A DNA stretch of 64,000 bases, from contig CAYFUG010000004.1 in assembly GCA_964346295.1 (NCBI GenBank), forward strand, positions 532 to 64,531. The letters are read 5' to 3'. The notes under the pieces are model-generated. The model made no database searches. It was not told the origin of the DNA and was given only the letters and a program-made list of their open reading frames with translations. Positions 39,074-48,419 of the stretch are shown one piece after another. Made by a program: the position numbers and the translations under genes. The stretch's first letter is position 1. Each line of letters opens with the position of its first letter. The DNA comes from an uncultured Bdellovibrionales bacterium (GTDB lineage Bacteria > Patescibacteriota > Minisyncoccia > Moranbacterales > DUUL01).

Positions 39074-39868
39074 ATGATGTTAGATGAAGAATTGATTAAA
39101 CTGGGCCTTTCCGAGAAAGAGGCAAAAGTTTACTTGGGGGCAATTCAATTAGGAGCCTCCACTGTCCAAAAAATTTCTCAGAAGTCTCAAGTTAACCGGG
39201 CGACTACTTATGTGATTATCGAGAGTTTAATGCGAATGGGCTTGATGTCTACTTTCGAGGAAGGTAGAAAAACTTTCTATGTTGCAGAGAAGCCTCGTCG
39301 TTTGGTAGAGTTCTATAAAAATAAGAAGACTCGCCTGGATGAGAAGATTGAAAGGTTAAGCGAGATCGTGCCGGAGTTGAATTCTCTTTATAACGATCAT
39401 TCCGACCGACCCAGAGTGAAGTATTATGAGGGCAGTGAGGGTTTATTAGCGATTTATGATGATTTCGAAAGTACTTTATCAGGGGGGCAAGAGATATTAA
39501 TATTTACTCCCATTGATGATTTCAAGAAAATCAAGAAGCCTCAGATGAGTCAAAGGATTGAGAAGTTTAGAGACAAGAGATTGAAAAAAGGAGTGAGAGC
39601 CAGGACTATATATAGCTCTGCGAGCGGAAGGGACGAAATATTTGAAGAAAGTATTAGAAAATTAGGTGAAGAGATCCTATTTTTAGAAAAAGATAAGAGT
39701 GGTCTCAATGGTTTAGACGCGGGTTTAAATGTTTATGGTAATAAGGTTTTCCTTTTTAGTTACCAAGGCAAGAGAGGCGGAGTTTTGATAGAGAGTCAAA
39801 GCGTGGCCAATCTTTTAGGAGGTATATTTGAAATAGTTTGGTCTCATTTGAAATCTTTAAAAAAGTGA
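39074..39868 (+). CDS. TrmB-family HTH transcriptional regulator
   Basis: LIKLGLSEKEAKVYLGAIQLGASTVQKISQ HTH. Start set at MMLDEE (39074). Confidence 0.65.
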   Translation: MMLDEELIKLGLSEKEAKVYLGAIQLGASTVQKISQKSQVNRATTYVIIESLMRMGLMSTFEEGRKTFYVAEKPRRLVEFYKNKKTRLDEKIERLSEIVPELNSLYNDHSDRPRVKYYEGSEGLLAIYDDFESTLSGGQEILIFTPIDDFKKIKKPQMSQRIEKFRDKRLKKGVRARTIYSSASGRDEIFEESIRKLGEEILFLEKDKSGLNGLDAGLNVYGNKVFLFSYQGKRGGVLIESQSVANLLGGIFEIVWSHLKSLKK

Positions 39869-40024
39869 ATTTAATTAATATTAATTAATTTAAACGATAT
39901 GGCACCAGGTTTAAAAATGAAAAGAAGGTCAGTCAAGAAAAGGGCTCAGAAGAAATAATTTCTTTGAGAAACTTTTGTCTATAAAATAAAAGCCGGGTTT
40001 TTGGTCTGGTTTTTATTTTAGGTT

Positions 40025-40882
40025 TTGATTTTTATGCATAATCAAGCGAGAGCAATGCAGGATTTTGAAATGCTAAGAGCACTTCAAGTAATTCAGCTCG
40101 ACTTAGGACCAAATCACTTGGTTGATTTGGGTTTTGTTCGAATTGTAATTTGCCCTTATGCGGATAATGAATTTTGGAACTTTGCAGTTTTTCAGGACGA
40201 AATCACATCATCTCAACTGAGGGAATTGGAGCAAAAATTTCAACAATTAGAAGAAGAGGCAGATAAGGACTTTGCTATTTGTGCTTCGGATAATCAGACT
40301 CAGGTTCTAAGACTAGTGAAGAAGACTGGCTACAAGAATATTCTGCACCGGTCGTTTTTTGTTAAAGACCTGGATGGATTTCAGGAAAGGACGCTTGATA
40401 GCCCTTTCGATAGTTTCAGTGAGAAGCTCCGTTTTGAAAAAGTTCAATCTGATCAGGGCTGGGAGGATTTTGTAAAAGTCTTTGATGAAGCTTTTAGGGA
40501 GGAAAATTCTGCCTCTCTTCATCCGGGGCCGATATATCTGGAGGTAATGGAAGAGGTCTGGCGTAAAGATCAGTCCAAGGGAGGCAAGATTGTTAATCAT
40601 CTCGTTTTGTACCAAGAGGGTGAGCCAGTGGCGGTAGCTTCTAATTTTAATTCTTTGCAGCATCGGATGAGTTATATCTCTAATGTAGGAGTGCATCCTA
40701 GGTTCAGAAAAAAGGGATTGGGAGGTCGGATAGTCAATTTTTGTCTGGCCGATTCTCAAGAATTTGGCAATGAGCAGGCAACCTTAGTAACAGAAAACAA
40801 CGCCGGCTTGAGAAGTTTCTATCGAGGATTGGGATTCCAGAATTTATTTGACTTTAGCTATTATGCCAAAAAATCCAATTAA
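40025..40882 (+). CDS. GNAT-family N-acetyltransferase
   Basis: C-terminal VGVHPRFRKKGLGGRIVNFCL acetyl-CoA binding motif. Confidence 0.65.
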   Translation: MIFMHNQARAMQDFEMLRALQVIQLDLGPNHLVDLGFVRIVICPYADNEFWNFAVFQDEITSSQLRELEQKFQQLEEEADKDFAICASDNQTQVLRLVKKTGYKNILHRSFFVKDLDGFQERTLDSPFDSFSEKLRFEKVQSDQGWEDFVKVFDEAFREENSASLHPGPIYLEVMEEVWRKDQSKGGKIVNHLVLYQEGEPVAVASNFNSLQHRMSYISNVGVHPRFRKKGLGGRIVNFCLADSQEFGNEQATLVTENNAGLRSFYRGLGFQNLFDFSYYAKKSN

Positions 40883-42125
40883 AAAGCCTAAGATATTGGT
40901 GGCGCTGAGCGGAGGGGTAGACTCGGCGGTGGCGGCCCTGCTTCTTCTGGAGCAGGGTTTTGAGGTGCAAGGGATTCATTTTTTGCTGAGTAGCGAGAAA
41001 TTGATTAGCGCAGAAAAAGTTCGGTTGATTGCTAATGAATTGGGGGTCGAGCTAGAAGTAAGAGATATTTCTCGGGAGTTTCAAAAAGAGGTGGTGGATA
41101 GTTTTGCTAAAACTTATCAAAAAGGAGCGACGCCTAACCCTTGCGTGATTTGCAACCGGAAGGTAAAATTTAAGCAGTTACTCCAGGCTCGCGAGGAGCT
41201 AGGCTGTGATCTAGTAGCCACCGGACATTACGCACGGATTGCTGCTGGTGAGGGCTCCCTGAAGGCGATCTCCACTCAATCCTCTCAATCTCTCCATCTT
41301 CGCCAGGACTACAGTCGACAGGCTCTACAAAAGGGGGAGACTGAGGGTTTTTTTCTTCAAAAGGCCAAGGATCAGCGCAAGGATCAGTCCTATTTTCTCT
41401 ATCGATTAACCCAGGAGCAGTTGCAATTTTGTCGCTTTCCCTTGGGGGAGCACTTCAAAGATTGGGTCAAGCAGCGGGCTAAAGATTTAAATTTAGGCCT
41501 AGAAAGGCAAGGAGAGTCCCAAGACATTTGTTTTTTTGAGCCAGAGGAAAGCCTGCGAGATTTTCTTGGAAGGCGCTCTAAACAAAACTTTACAGAAGCT
41601 TCAATAATTTCGGACAAAGGTGAGCCTTTGGGGAAATGCGAGGGTTTGGAGTTGTTCACGATTGGCCAGCGCAAGGGCCTAAATCTCAGTGGGGGGCCTT
41701 GGTATGTTTTGAATAGAGATTTCACCAAGCGGCAGCTGGTAGTCACTCGCGATTCGGAAAGCCCGGATTTTTGGCAAAAGGGAATTTTTATCGAGCAAGT
41801 CAACTGGATTAATCAATCTCCTCAGCCGGGAAAATGGTACGACTTGCAAATTCGTTATCAAGGAAAAGTTTATCAAGGGATGCTTGAGAAATTAAAAGAG
41901 GGGCTTCGAGGGCAGGGCGGGGGATATTCCGTCCCCACTCCTACGGGGGTTGCTCAATCCCCCCAGCCCCTCCTCCTTCGCCAGGACTACAGTCGACAGG
42001 CTTTACGAAAGGGGGAGCCTAGCTGGAAGGTTAGCTTGAAGGAGGCGGCCCGGGCGGTAGCAGCGGGGCAATCGTTGGTGGTGTATGAGGGTAGTCAAGT
42101 TTTAGGGGGAGGAATCATCTTCTAG
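40848..42125 (+). CDS. mnmA: tRNA-specific 2-thiouridylase MnmA with two in-frame repeat-derived insertions
   Basis: PP-loop LVALSGGVDSAVAA, NPCVICN, GHYARIA...KDQSYFLYRL, C-terminal SLVVYEGSQVLGGGIIF. About 60 extra residues arrive in two blocks that share the peptide LRQDYSRQAL. Confidence 0.85.
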   Translation: MTLAIMPKNPIKKPKILVALSGGVDSAVAALLLLEQGFEVQGIHFLLSSEKLISAEKVRLIANELGVELEVRDISREFQKEVVDSFAKTYQKGATPNPCVICNRKVKFKQLLQAREELGCDLVATGHYARIAAGEGSLKAISTQSSQSLHLRQDYSRQALQKGETEGFFLQKAKDQRKDQSYFLYRLTQEQLQFCRFPLGEHFKDWVKQRAKDLNLGLERQGESQDICFFEPEESLRDFLGRRSKQNFTEASIISDKGEPLGKCEGLELFTIGQRKGLNLSGGPWYVLNRDFTKRQLVVTRDSESPDFWQKGIFIEQVNWINQSPQPGKWYDLQIRYQGKVYQGMLEKLKEGLRGQGGGYSVPTPTGVAQSPQPLLLRQDYSRQALRKGEPSWKVSLKEAARAVAAGQSLVVYEGSQVLGGGIIF

Positions 42126-42261
42126 TTAGTAGTTTTTGATTTTTAGTTCTTAGTTAATTTCAGAAGGGAATAATTTTTTGGCGTTGCTAACTAAAAATAC
42201 ACAGCTATTGTCATTCCGACTGAAGCGAAGCGAAATGGAGGAATCTTAGCTGAAAAATAAT

Positions 42262-42330
42262 ATAAGATCCCTCGACTCCCTCCTTCGCCAAGGCTACGGC
42301 GGGCAAGGCGCTCGGGATGACAAACTAAGA
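42262..42330. repeat. dispersed repeat, A-type module copy
   Basis: ctccctccttcgccaaggctacggcgggcaaggcgctcgggatgacaaa. Confidence 0.55.
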
Positions 42331-42370
42331 ATTTTAGAAGCTATACTTTATTGGCAATACCAATTTTTTT

Positions 42371-42871
42371 ATGAAGAAGTTTTTTCAACGGCATCGCAAA
42401 TTATTTTTGATCGTATTTGTTTGCTTGGTATTTTTGTGGAGTGGCTGGCAAGTTGCCAAGTGGGGGTTTAGAGAACTAGCACAAAGAGGAATTTTGCAAG
42501 GTGAGCAAGTTCACGCAGTTAGTTTTTTTGTTAACCTCAACGAATTGGAAGTGGCGACCGGTGAAGGAATTGATCGGGGTCAGATCGAAATTTTTTGGAA
42601 CGGCGAGCGGGTTTTTGCTGAAGGTAGAGTTTTGAAGTCGAATTTCAACAAGCGAGAAGTGCGTTATAAATACGGCCCTCAATCGTTTGGGGTCAAGTAC
42701 CGAGGAAAGGAATTAAGCAAGTCAGAGGATATTAAATTTATTGATTACAAAGCTAATAATTGGGATTGTAGCCACTATAAATTTGATATAGTTCAAGAAG
42801 AAAATGGCAAGGTGGCAGCTTATTTTTCTTCTGATTATGGCCACAGTAAAATAAAATTTACCCAAAATTAA
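42371..42871 (+). CDS. hypothetical membrane-anchored protein (166 aa)
   Basis: N-terminal TM segment (LFLIVFVCLVFLWSGW). Confidence 0.45.
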   Translation: MKKFFQRHRKLFLIVFVCLVFLWSGWQVAKWGFRELAQRGILQGEQVHAVSFFVNLNELEVATGEGIDRGQIEIFWNGERVFAEGRVLKSNFNKREVRYKYGPQSFGVKYRGKELSKSEDIKFIDYKANNWDCSHYKFDIVQEENGKVAAYFSSDYGHSKIKFTQN

Positions 42872-43021
42872 TTTGATTTTATGAACGAGTTTTTTGAATT
42901 TTTTATCAAGCGATTGTTATGGGTTTGGATGCCGCTCTATGCACTGTATAGAGTCATTCTTGACTTTATTGAAGAGCGAGAACAGACCTGAGAGTTTTTT
43001 GAGTTGCTTTAATCAAGAAAT

Positions 43022-44218
43022 TTGACTTCAAAGAAAAAAAAACAGACCAGTTTTTTAGGGGACAAGAAGGTGGCTTTAGTCCACGATTTTTTGTTATACT
43101 GGGGGGGAGCGGAGGCCACTTTGCAAGTGTTGGCCAAAATGTTTCCTCAGGCGCCGATTTACACCCTGCTTCAGGATGAGCAGTTTACCAAAAAGCACTT
43201 CAGGGGGCGAGAAATCCGGACCTCGTTTTTACAGAAAATTCCCCGCTGGATCCGCAAAAAACACACTCGCTTATTGCCGCTAATGCCAACCGCCATTGAG
43301 TCGCTCAATTTGCGGGATTATGACTTGGTAATTTCCTCCTCTTCGGCTTTTGCCAAGGGAATTGTGGTGAAGCCTAAGACCACCCATGTTTGCTACATGC
43401 ACGCCCCTATGCGTTATGTCTGGGACTACTATCACCAGTATTTTCAAGAGCGCTTTGGCAATCGAGCTAAAATTTTTACCCGGACTTTTCTCAACTACTT
43501 GCGAACTTGGGATCGAGCCAGTGCCGACCGGGCTGATCATCTGGTTGCCAATTCTCGTTACACTGCTCGGCGAATCGAAAAATATTATCGTAGAGAATCC
43601 ATGGTGATTTATCCCCCAGTGGAGGTGGAAAAATTCGCCCTCAGTCCGGACAAGGCAAATTCCAGTATTTCTTCTAGCTCTGATTTGATAGAGAAGCAAA
43701 ATCAGGCCAGGAGAGGTAGCTATTTTTTGACAACGGGGCGCTTAGCGACTTATAAGCGGGTAGATCTTTTGATTGAGGCTTTTCAGAAGCTCAAGTTGCC
43801 GCTAGTGATAGTGGGTGATGGCCCGGAGCGTAAAAAGCTAGAGAAATTAGCCCAAGGGAACAGCAAGATAAAAATTTTAGGCTGGCAAAGTGAGGAAAAA
43901 TTAATTCGACTTTATCAAAATTCCCGGGCCTTTGTTTGTGCCACCGAAGATGATTTCAATATCACTTGCGTGGAGGCAATGGCAGCCGGAACGCCGGTAA
44001 TTGCCTTAAAAAAGGGCGGCGTGCAGGAAACAGTAATCGAAGGTCAGACGGGAATATTTTTCCAGGAGGCACGGTTGGAGCTAGTGGTGGATGGAGTGCG
44101 GCGGTTTATTGAAAAAGAGGCTGATTTTGACTCGGAGGTGATTCAGGCTCGAGCGAGGGAGTTTTCGAGGGAGAGATTTGAGAAGGAGATGCGAAAGTAC
44201 TTGACTTCCATTTTTTGA
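43022..44218 (+). CDS. glycosyltransferase family 4 (RfaG-like)
   Basis: EAMAAGTPVIALKKGGVQETVIEGQTGIFF GT4 signature. Confidence 0.8.
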   Translation: MTSKKKKQTSFLGDKKVALVHDFLLYWGGAEATLQVLAKMFPQAPIYTLLQDEQFTKKHFRGREIRTSFLQKIPRWIRKKHTRLLPLMPTAIESLNLRDYDLVISSSSAFAKGIVVKPKTTHVCYMHAPMRYVWDYYHQYFQERFGNRAKIFTRTFLNYLRTWDRASADRADHLVANSRYTARRIEKYYRRESMVIYPPVEVEKFALSPDKANSSISSSSDLIEKQNQARRGSYFLTTGRLATYKRVDLLIEAFQKLKLPLVIVGDGPERKKLEKLAQGNSKIKILGWQSEEKLIRLYQNSRAFVCATEDDFNITCVEAMAAGTPVIALKKGGVQETVIEGQTGIFFQEARLELVVDGVRRFIEKEADFDSEVIQARAREFSRERFEKEMRKYLTSIF

Positions 44219-44325
44219 AAATTTTGGTGTCAAAATCTCCGCTACTCCCTCACCGTAACTCTCAGTACGCCTCGCTCGCTGCTCGATTTCTCCTAAAAAT
44301 TTCCTAAAAAATGAAAGTCCTTAAA
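44219..44325 (+). repeat. dispersed repeat, B-type module
   Basis: ttttgaaaattttggtgtcaaaatctcc...ctcaccgtaactctcagtacgcctcgctcg...tcctaaaaatttcctaaaaaatg. Confidence 0.55.
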
Positions 44326-44417
44326 TATTTCTCGGATAGATGATAACTAGATTAAAATAAGACCCTGGATATTCTTTTTGGAAATTCCGGAATGGCAGGG
44401 TTTTAATTACAATCAAT

Positions 44418-44768
44418 ATGGGGATTCAAGTGGAATTTAATCCGGATTTGGCACTGAGAAATATTCAGCATTTTAATTCGGGGAAGCGCCAAAAAGAAGA
44501 GTGCATCCCAAAGCCTTTAGAAGAGGGTGGAGTCTATAACTTTCTGAAAGAAGGCCAGCGCAATTATTGGCTAGAAGGCGAGTTGCCGCTTTTAGAAACG
44601 GAAGGCGGGGGTCAGCTCTCTCGGCCTCGGGCCAGTATTGTGATTTTAGAGGCGACACACCTTTTAAAAAATGGTAAAATCTATACTAAGGGTAAGTATC
44701 AAGTGAAGAAGATCTTAGAAGAAGGGGAGGGGATTTATTTTGAAGGATTTAGTAAGGTGAGGAGTTAA
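44418..44768 (+). CDS. hypothetical protein (116 aa)
   Basis: ORF with moderate protein-likeness. No recognisable motifs. Confidence 0.35.
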   Translation: MGIQVEFNPDLALRNIQHFNSGKRQKEECIPKPLEEGGVYNFLKEGQRNYWLEGELPLLETEGGGQLSRPRASIVILEATHLLKNGKIYTKGKYQVKKILEEGEGIYFEGFSKVRS

Positions 44769-44924
44769 TTTTCAAACCCGCTTTCATCTTAGGGCTTCAG
44801 CGAGGCGCAGCAATTTTTAATATTTTAATGATTGAATTTTAAATAAGCAGAGCAGGAAAAACAAAAACAGCCCTTTTAGGGCTGCTTGAAAGCTTATTTT
44901 TATTCTAAATATAGCAAAGCAATA

Positions 44925-44998
44925 GAAGGGGGAACACTCGTTAAAATGTCTTCTTCTGCTATAATGTCGGTAGACATTTTAACGAGTGTTCCCCCTTC
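44925..44998. repeat. perfect palindrome: 27-bp arms, 20-nt loop containing TATAAT
   Basis: gaagggggaacactcgttaaaatgtct (44925..44951) and its exact reverse complement (44972..44998). Loop tcttctgctataatgtcggt. Confidence 0.9.
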
Positions 44999-45191
44999 TG
45001 TCAATACCCCTGAAAACAAAATTGTAATTGATAGCAGCAGTGAAATTTGTATTAAAAGTAACAACTTTGAAAGTTTCAGCATAAGTGATTTATTAGAAAA
45101 TATTAAGATTCTGATTAAGCATATTTTAGCATATTCAAGGGAAAAATCAAGGGTAAAAATCGATTCTAAGCGAGTAATTTGTCAAGCAAAG

Positions 45192-46835
45192 ATGAAAACA
45201 AAAACAAAAGCTAGTTCGCAGTCAGAAGAGGGGGGAATTTGGGATAGTTTTTGGGCTTGGGAGGCCCAGTTTAAAGAAGCTTTTTTTCGCAAAAGAAAAT
45301 TGCTGAGTGGGATGATTTTGGGACTGGTGCTGGTGGCCGGATTGCTTTTACGGCTAGGCTTCGCCCCTGCTAATCTGGCGGCAAATCCCGCTTCGGAGCC
45401 TTTTGTTTCCATTCTCCAAGAGCGCACTTTTTGGTACGATGAGGCGTTTACCGGAATTTTGCTAAAAGCCTCCTGGAAAGAGATGAATCAGATGATCTAT
45501 GACGATGTTCACCCTCCCCTTTATTACTGGTTGGCCAAGCCCTGGAGCGCAGCCTTTGACTATTCTCCGGTGGGGATTCGCTCTTTCTCTTTACTGTTTG
45601 GAATGCTGACAATAGTCTCTTTGTTTTGGATCGGATCGCGACTATTTGGCCCTAAGGCGGGTCGGTTGGCGGCAGCCTTGGCAGCCTTTTCGCCTTTTGC
45701 AGTGCAATATTCTCAAGAAGCTCGAATGTATGCCTTACTGGGCTTTTTGTTTTTGTGGGCTAGTTGGTTTTTCTATCGGGCTTTAGACAAAAATCGCCTC
45801 CAGGATTGGCTGATCTGGGGAGTTTTAGGCGGGCTTTGTTTTTACACTCACTACTTATCGTTGTTCTTTTTCGTTTCTTTTTATATTGCCTTTTATTTTT
45901 ACCAAGTGCTATTTCTCCAGGGCGGCTATTTTTGGTCCCTGTGGGGACAAAAGCGGCCGCTATTTTGGTTGGGAGTAGCGATAATAGGTGGCTTTTTTGC
46001 CAGTTGGTTGAAAGTTTTTTGGGTCCATTTTACCAAAACAGACGGGGACTTAGGCTGGATTGCGCCTTCTAACCTCAGTGATTTACCAGGAACACTGCAG
46101 ATTTTCCTTTTTGGTCATCCTCCGGGAGCAGGAGGCACGCCCGATGCTAATCCGTTAAAATTCTTTTTTGATCAAAGCTCGGTAGGACTTCTCGTCCTAG
46201 TGGCTATGGCGGTTTTGATTTTTTGCGCTTGGATTAAAAAGCGGCGTCGGCCGGAAATTCTAGTCTTGGGGACGATTTCCTTGGGCGCCTTACTGCTTTT
46301 AATTATCATCTCTCATTTTGACATTAAGTTTTATGTGGCCCGTTACATGATGCCAGCGGCAGTGATTTTTTACCTGCTTTTGAGTGGTTTGATAGTTTCT
46401 GCTACTCGGTGGCGACCAGGGCTGAAGGCAGTGATTTTTCTAGTGGCTTATTTGGCTCTCTTGTCAACTCTTCAACCGATTGACTACGCTCGGGGTTGGG
46501 CTAGGCTATATCAAGTGGATCAAGAAGTGGATTATCTCAAAAGCCGAATTCTGATAGCCAATGGTCCTTTTGAATACACTTCGGCTCGTTACTATTTTGG
46601 TCAAGAGCGAGTACGGTTTTTCAGCCCGGGTAATCTGGGAGAGGATTTTTCTGGTTGGGTGGTGGTGGGGAACCACAATCGCCTCAGTAGCAAAGAAGAG
46701 CTTCGGGCTAGCCCAAACTTTACAATTGTAGATCGGCAGTGTGAGTGGGAGGAGCTGAACTTAGAGGGCTATTCGATGAATATGAAGAGGTACGGGGAGA
46801 TGAGATTGTGCGTGCCGGGAACTTCCAAATTTTGA
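45192..46835 (+). CDS. GT-C glycosyltransferase (GT39/ArnT/PMT-like); start uncertain
   Basis: Many TM helices. DDVHPPLYYWL motif typical of GT39/GT83. The track ORF from 44886 would read through the palindrome, so the start is set at MKTKTK. Confidence 0.6.
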   Translation: MKTKTKASSQSEEGGIWDSFWAWEAQFKEAFFRKRKLLSGMILGLVLVAGLLLRLGFAPANLAANPASEPFVSILQERTFWYDEAFTGILLKASWKEMNQMIYDDVHPPLYYWLAKPWSAAFDYSPVGIRSFSLLFGMLTIVSLFWIGSRLFGPKAGRLAAALAAFSPFAVQYSQEARMYALLGFLFLWASWFFYRALDKNRLQDWLIWGVLGGLCFYTHYLSLFFFVSFYIAFYFYQVLFLQGGYFWSLWGQKRPLFWLGVAIIGGFFASWLKVFWVHFTKTDGDLGWIAPSNLSDLPGTLQIFLFGHPPGAGGTPDANPLKFFFDQSSVGLLVLVAMAVLIFCAWIKKRRRPEILVLGTISLGALLLLIIISHFDIKFYVARYMMPAAVIFYLLLSGLIVSATRWRPGLKAVIFLVAYLALLSTLQPIDYARGWARLYQVDQEVDYLKSRILIANGPFEYTSARYYFGQERVRFFSPGNLGEDFSGWVVVGNHNRLSSKEELRASPNFTIVDRQCEWEELNLEGYSMNMKRYGEMRLCVPGTSKF

Positions 46836-46995
46836 ACCCCGCACTAGAGCTTTGCTCAATGCGGGACAAGAATCTCGTTGTTGCCGGTTGCGTTTCGAAC
46901 TCATCGTACCTTTAGTGCGACTCGTCCGAAGCCTCACCCTTCTTTCCCACTTTCCGCTAAGGCTACAGAAGGGACAGATAAAACTTGAAAGTCCT
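46836..46995 (+). repeat. dispersed repeat, full-length copy (B+A modules)
   Basis: tccaaattttga overlaps the gene's SKF-stop. Then ...ctcatcgtacctttagtgcgactcg...ccgctaaggctacagaagggacagataaaacttgaaa. Confidence 0.6.
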
Positions 46996-47017
46996 GTCTT
47001 ATCCGGAAATATTCCAT

Positions 47018-47100
47018 TGATAAAATTTCCAGGAAAAACAATCAGTGGAGTGATATAAATTCCTTGATTTTTTATCAGTGGAGTGATAAAATTTCCAGGT
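47018..47100 (+). repeat. interleaved short direct repeats upstream of the ATPase gene
   Basis: tgataaaatttccagg occurs twice (47018, 47084). atcagtggagtgata occurs twice (47041, 47074). Confidence 0.7.
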
Positions 47101-47102
47101 AA

Positions 47103-48377
47103 ATGATTAATTCTAGAAAAATGATTTCAAGAGAAATTTATCCTAAGCTTTATAGTTGGGCGAAAAAGGGCAAGATTATTATTTTGAAGGGACCTCGTCA
47201 GGCGGGGAAAACGACCCTGATGAATTTTTTATTAGACAATCTTAAAAAAGAAGGTCAAAATACCGCTTATTTGTTGGCAGATGACATTGATAAGCAAGAG
47301 TTGTTTAAGTCTCCAGCCGCTCTGGAATTTTACTTGAGTCAGAAGTATAATTTTCCCGAAAAACATCTTTTTCTTTTTATTGATGAGTTTCAATACATTG
47401 ATCAGGCGGGACTCTTCATTAAAAACTTTTTTGATAAGCATCAGGGCCAGGTAAATTTAATTTTAAGTGGGTCTAGTTCCCTGGAAATCACTCAAAATCA
47501 AGAGTTTTTGACCGGTCGGGCGGTGGAGTTTGAAATGGGAACTGTTAATTTTCGAGAGTTTTTTAATTTTCGAGAAGGAACTCGGATTAAAAAATTTCCC
47601 CTTGAAAGCCAGGATGATTTAAGTAATTTTTATAAATCCTTTGAGAGTAAGCTAAGCCTCGCCTTAAAGAATTTTTTAGTTTTTGGGGGGTATCCTGAGG
47701 TGGTGGAAACCTCATTAGAGGAAGATAAGAAAGTAATTTTAAAGTCGATTGTTAAGAAATATTTAGAAAAGGATGTGGCGGGTTTTTTGCAAATCGAAAA
47801 TATCACTGCCTTTAACAACTTAACGAAGATTTTGGCTTCTCAAATTGGTAATTTAGTTAATATTAGCGAACTGGCTAATACGGTAAACTTATCCATTAAC
47901 ACCGTTAAAAGATATCTGGATGTTTTGCAAGGGACATATGTCTTTAGTCTGGTGCGACCATATGCTAAGAACATTCGCAAGGAGCTAAGCAAAATGCCTA
48001 AAGTTTATATTCAAGACTTGGGGGCAAAAAATTATCTTTTAGGTGATTACAAAGACAATTTATTTGGTGGCAAGGAAGTGGAAAATTTTGTTTTTTTAGG
48101 GATGGCTAATAATTTAAGTTCAGAAGGAGTTAACTTCTATCGAACCAAGGGAGGCTCAGAGGTCGATTTTATTTTAGAAAAAGAGGGTGGCTTGAATTTG
48201 ATAGAAGTTAAATATCGGTCGGTTTCCAAGATCAAAGAGCCTCTGGCATTCGCCAATTTTTCGGAAAATTATGGAGACAGAGTTCAAAACAAGATTGTGA
48301 TTTCCAAAGATGTTTTAAAAAAAGATGGGAATATTTACTTTATTCCGGCGGTGCTTTGGCCCTGGATAGAGTTATAG
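47103..48377 (+). CDS. AAA+ ATPase with C-terminal DUF4143-like domain
   Basis: Walker A GPRQAGKT, Walker B FIDEFQ. Confidence 0.7.
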   Translation: MINSRKMISREIYPKLYSWAKKGKIIILKGPRQAGKTTLMNFLLDNLKKEGQNTAYLLADDIDKQELFKSPAALEFYLSQKYNFPEKHLFLFIDEFQYIDQAGLFIKNFFDKHQGQVNLILSGSSSLEITQNQEFLTGRAVEFEMGTVNFREFFNFREGTRIKKFPLESQDDLSNFYKSFESKLSLALKNFLVFGGYPEVVETSLEEDKKVILKSIVKKYLEKDVAGFLQIENITAFNNLTKILASQIGNLVNISELANTVNLSINTVKRYLDVLQGTYVFSLVRPYAKNIRKELSKMPKVYIQDLGAKNYLLGDYKDNLFGGKEVENFVFLGMANNLSSEGVNFYRTKGGSEVDFILEKEGGLNLIEVKYRSVSKIKEPLAFANFSENYGDRVQNKIVISKDVLKKDGNIYFIPAVLWPWIEL

Positions 48378-48419
48378 CTTTCAGGTGGTTTTTTAGGCAA
48401 ATTAAATTAAAACAAAAAT

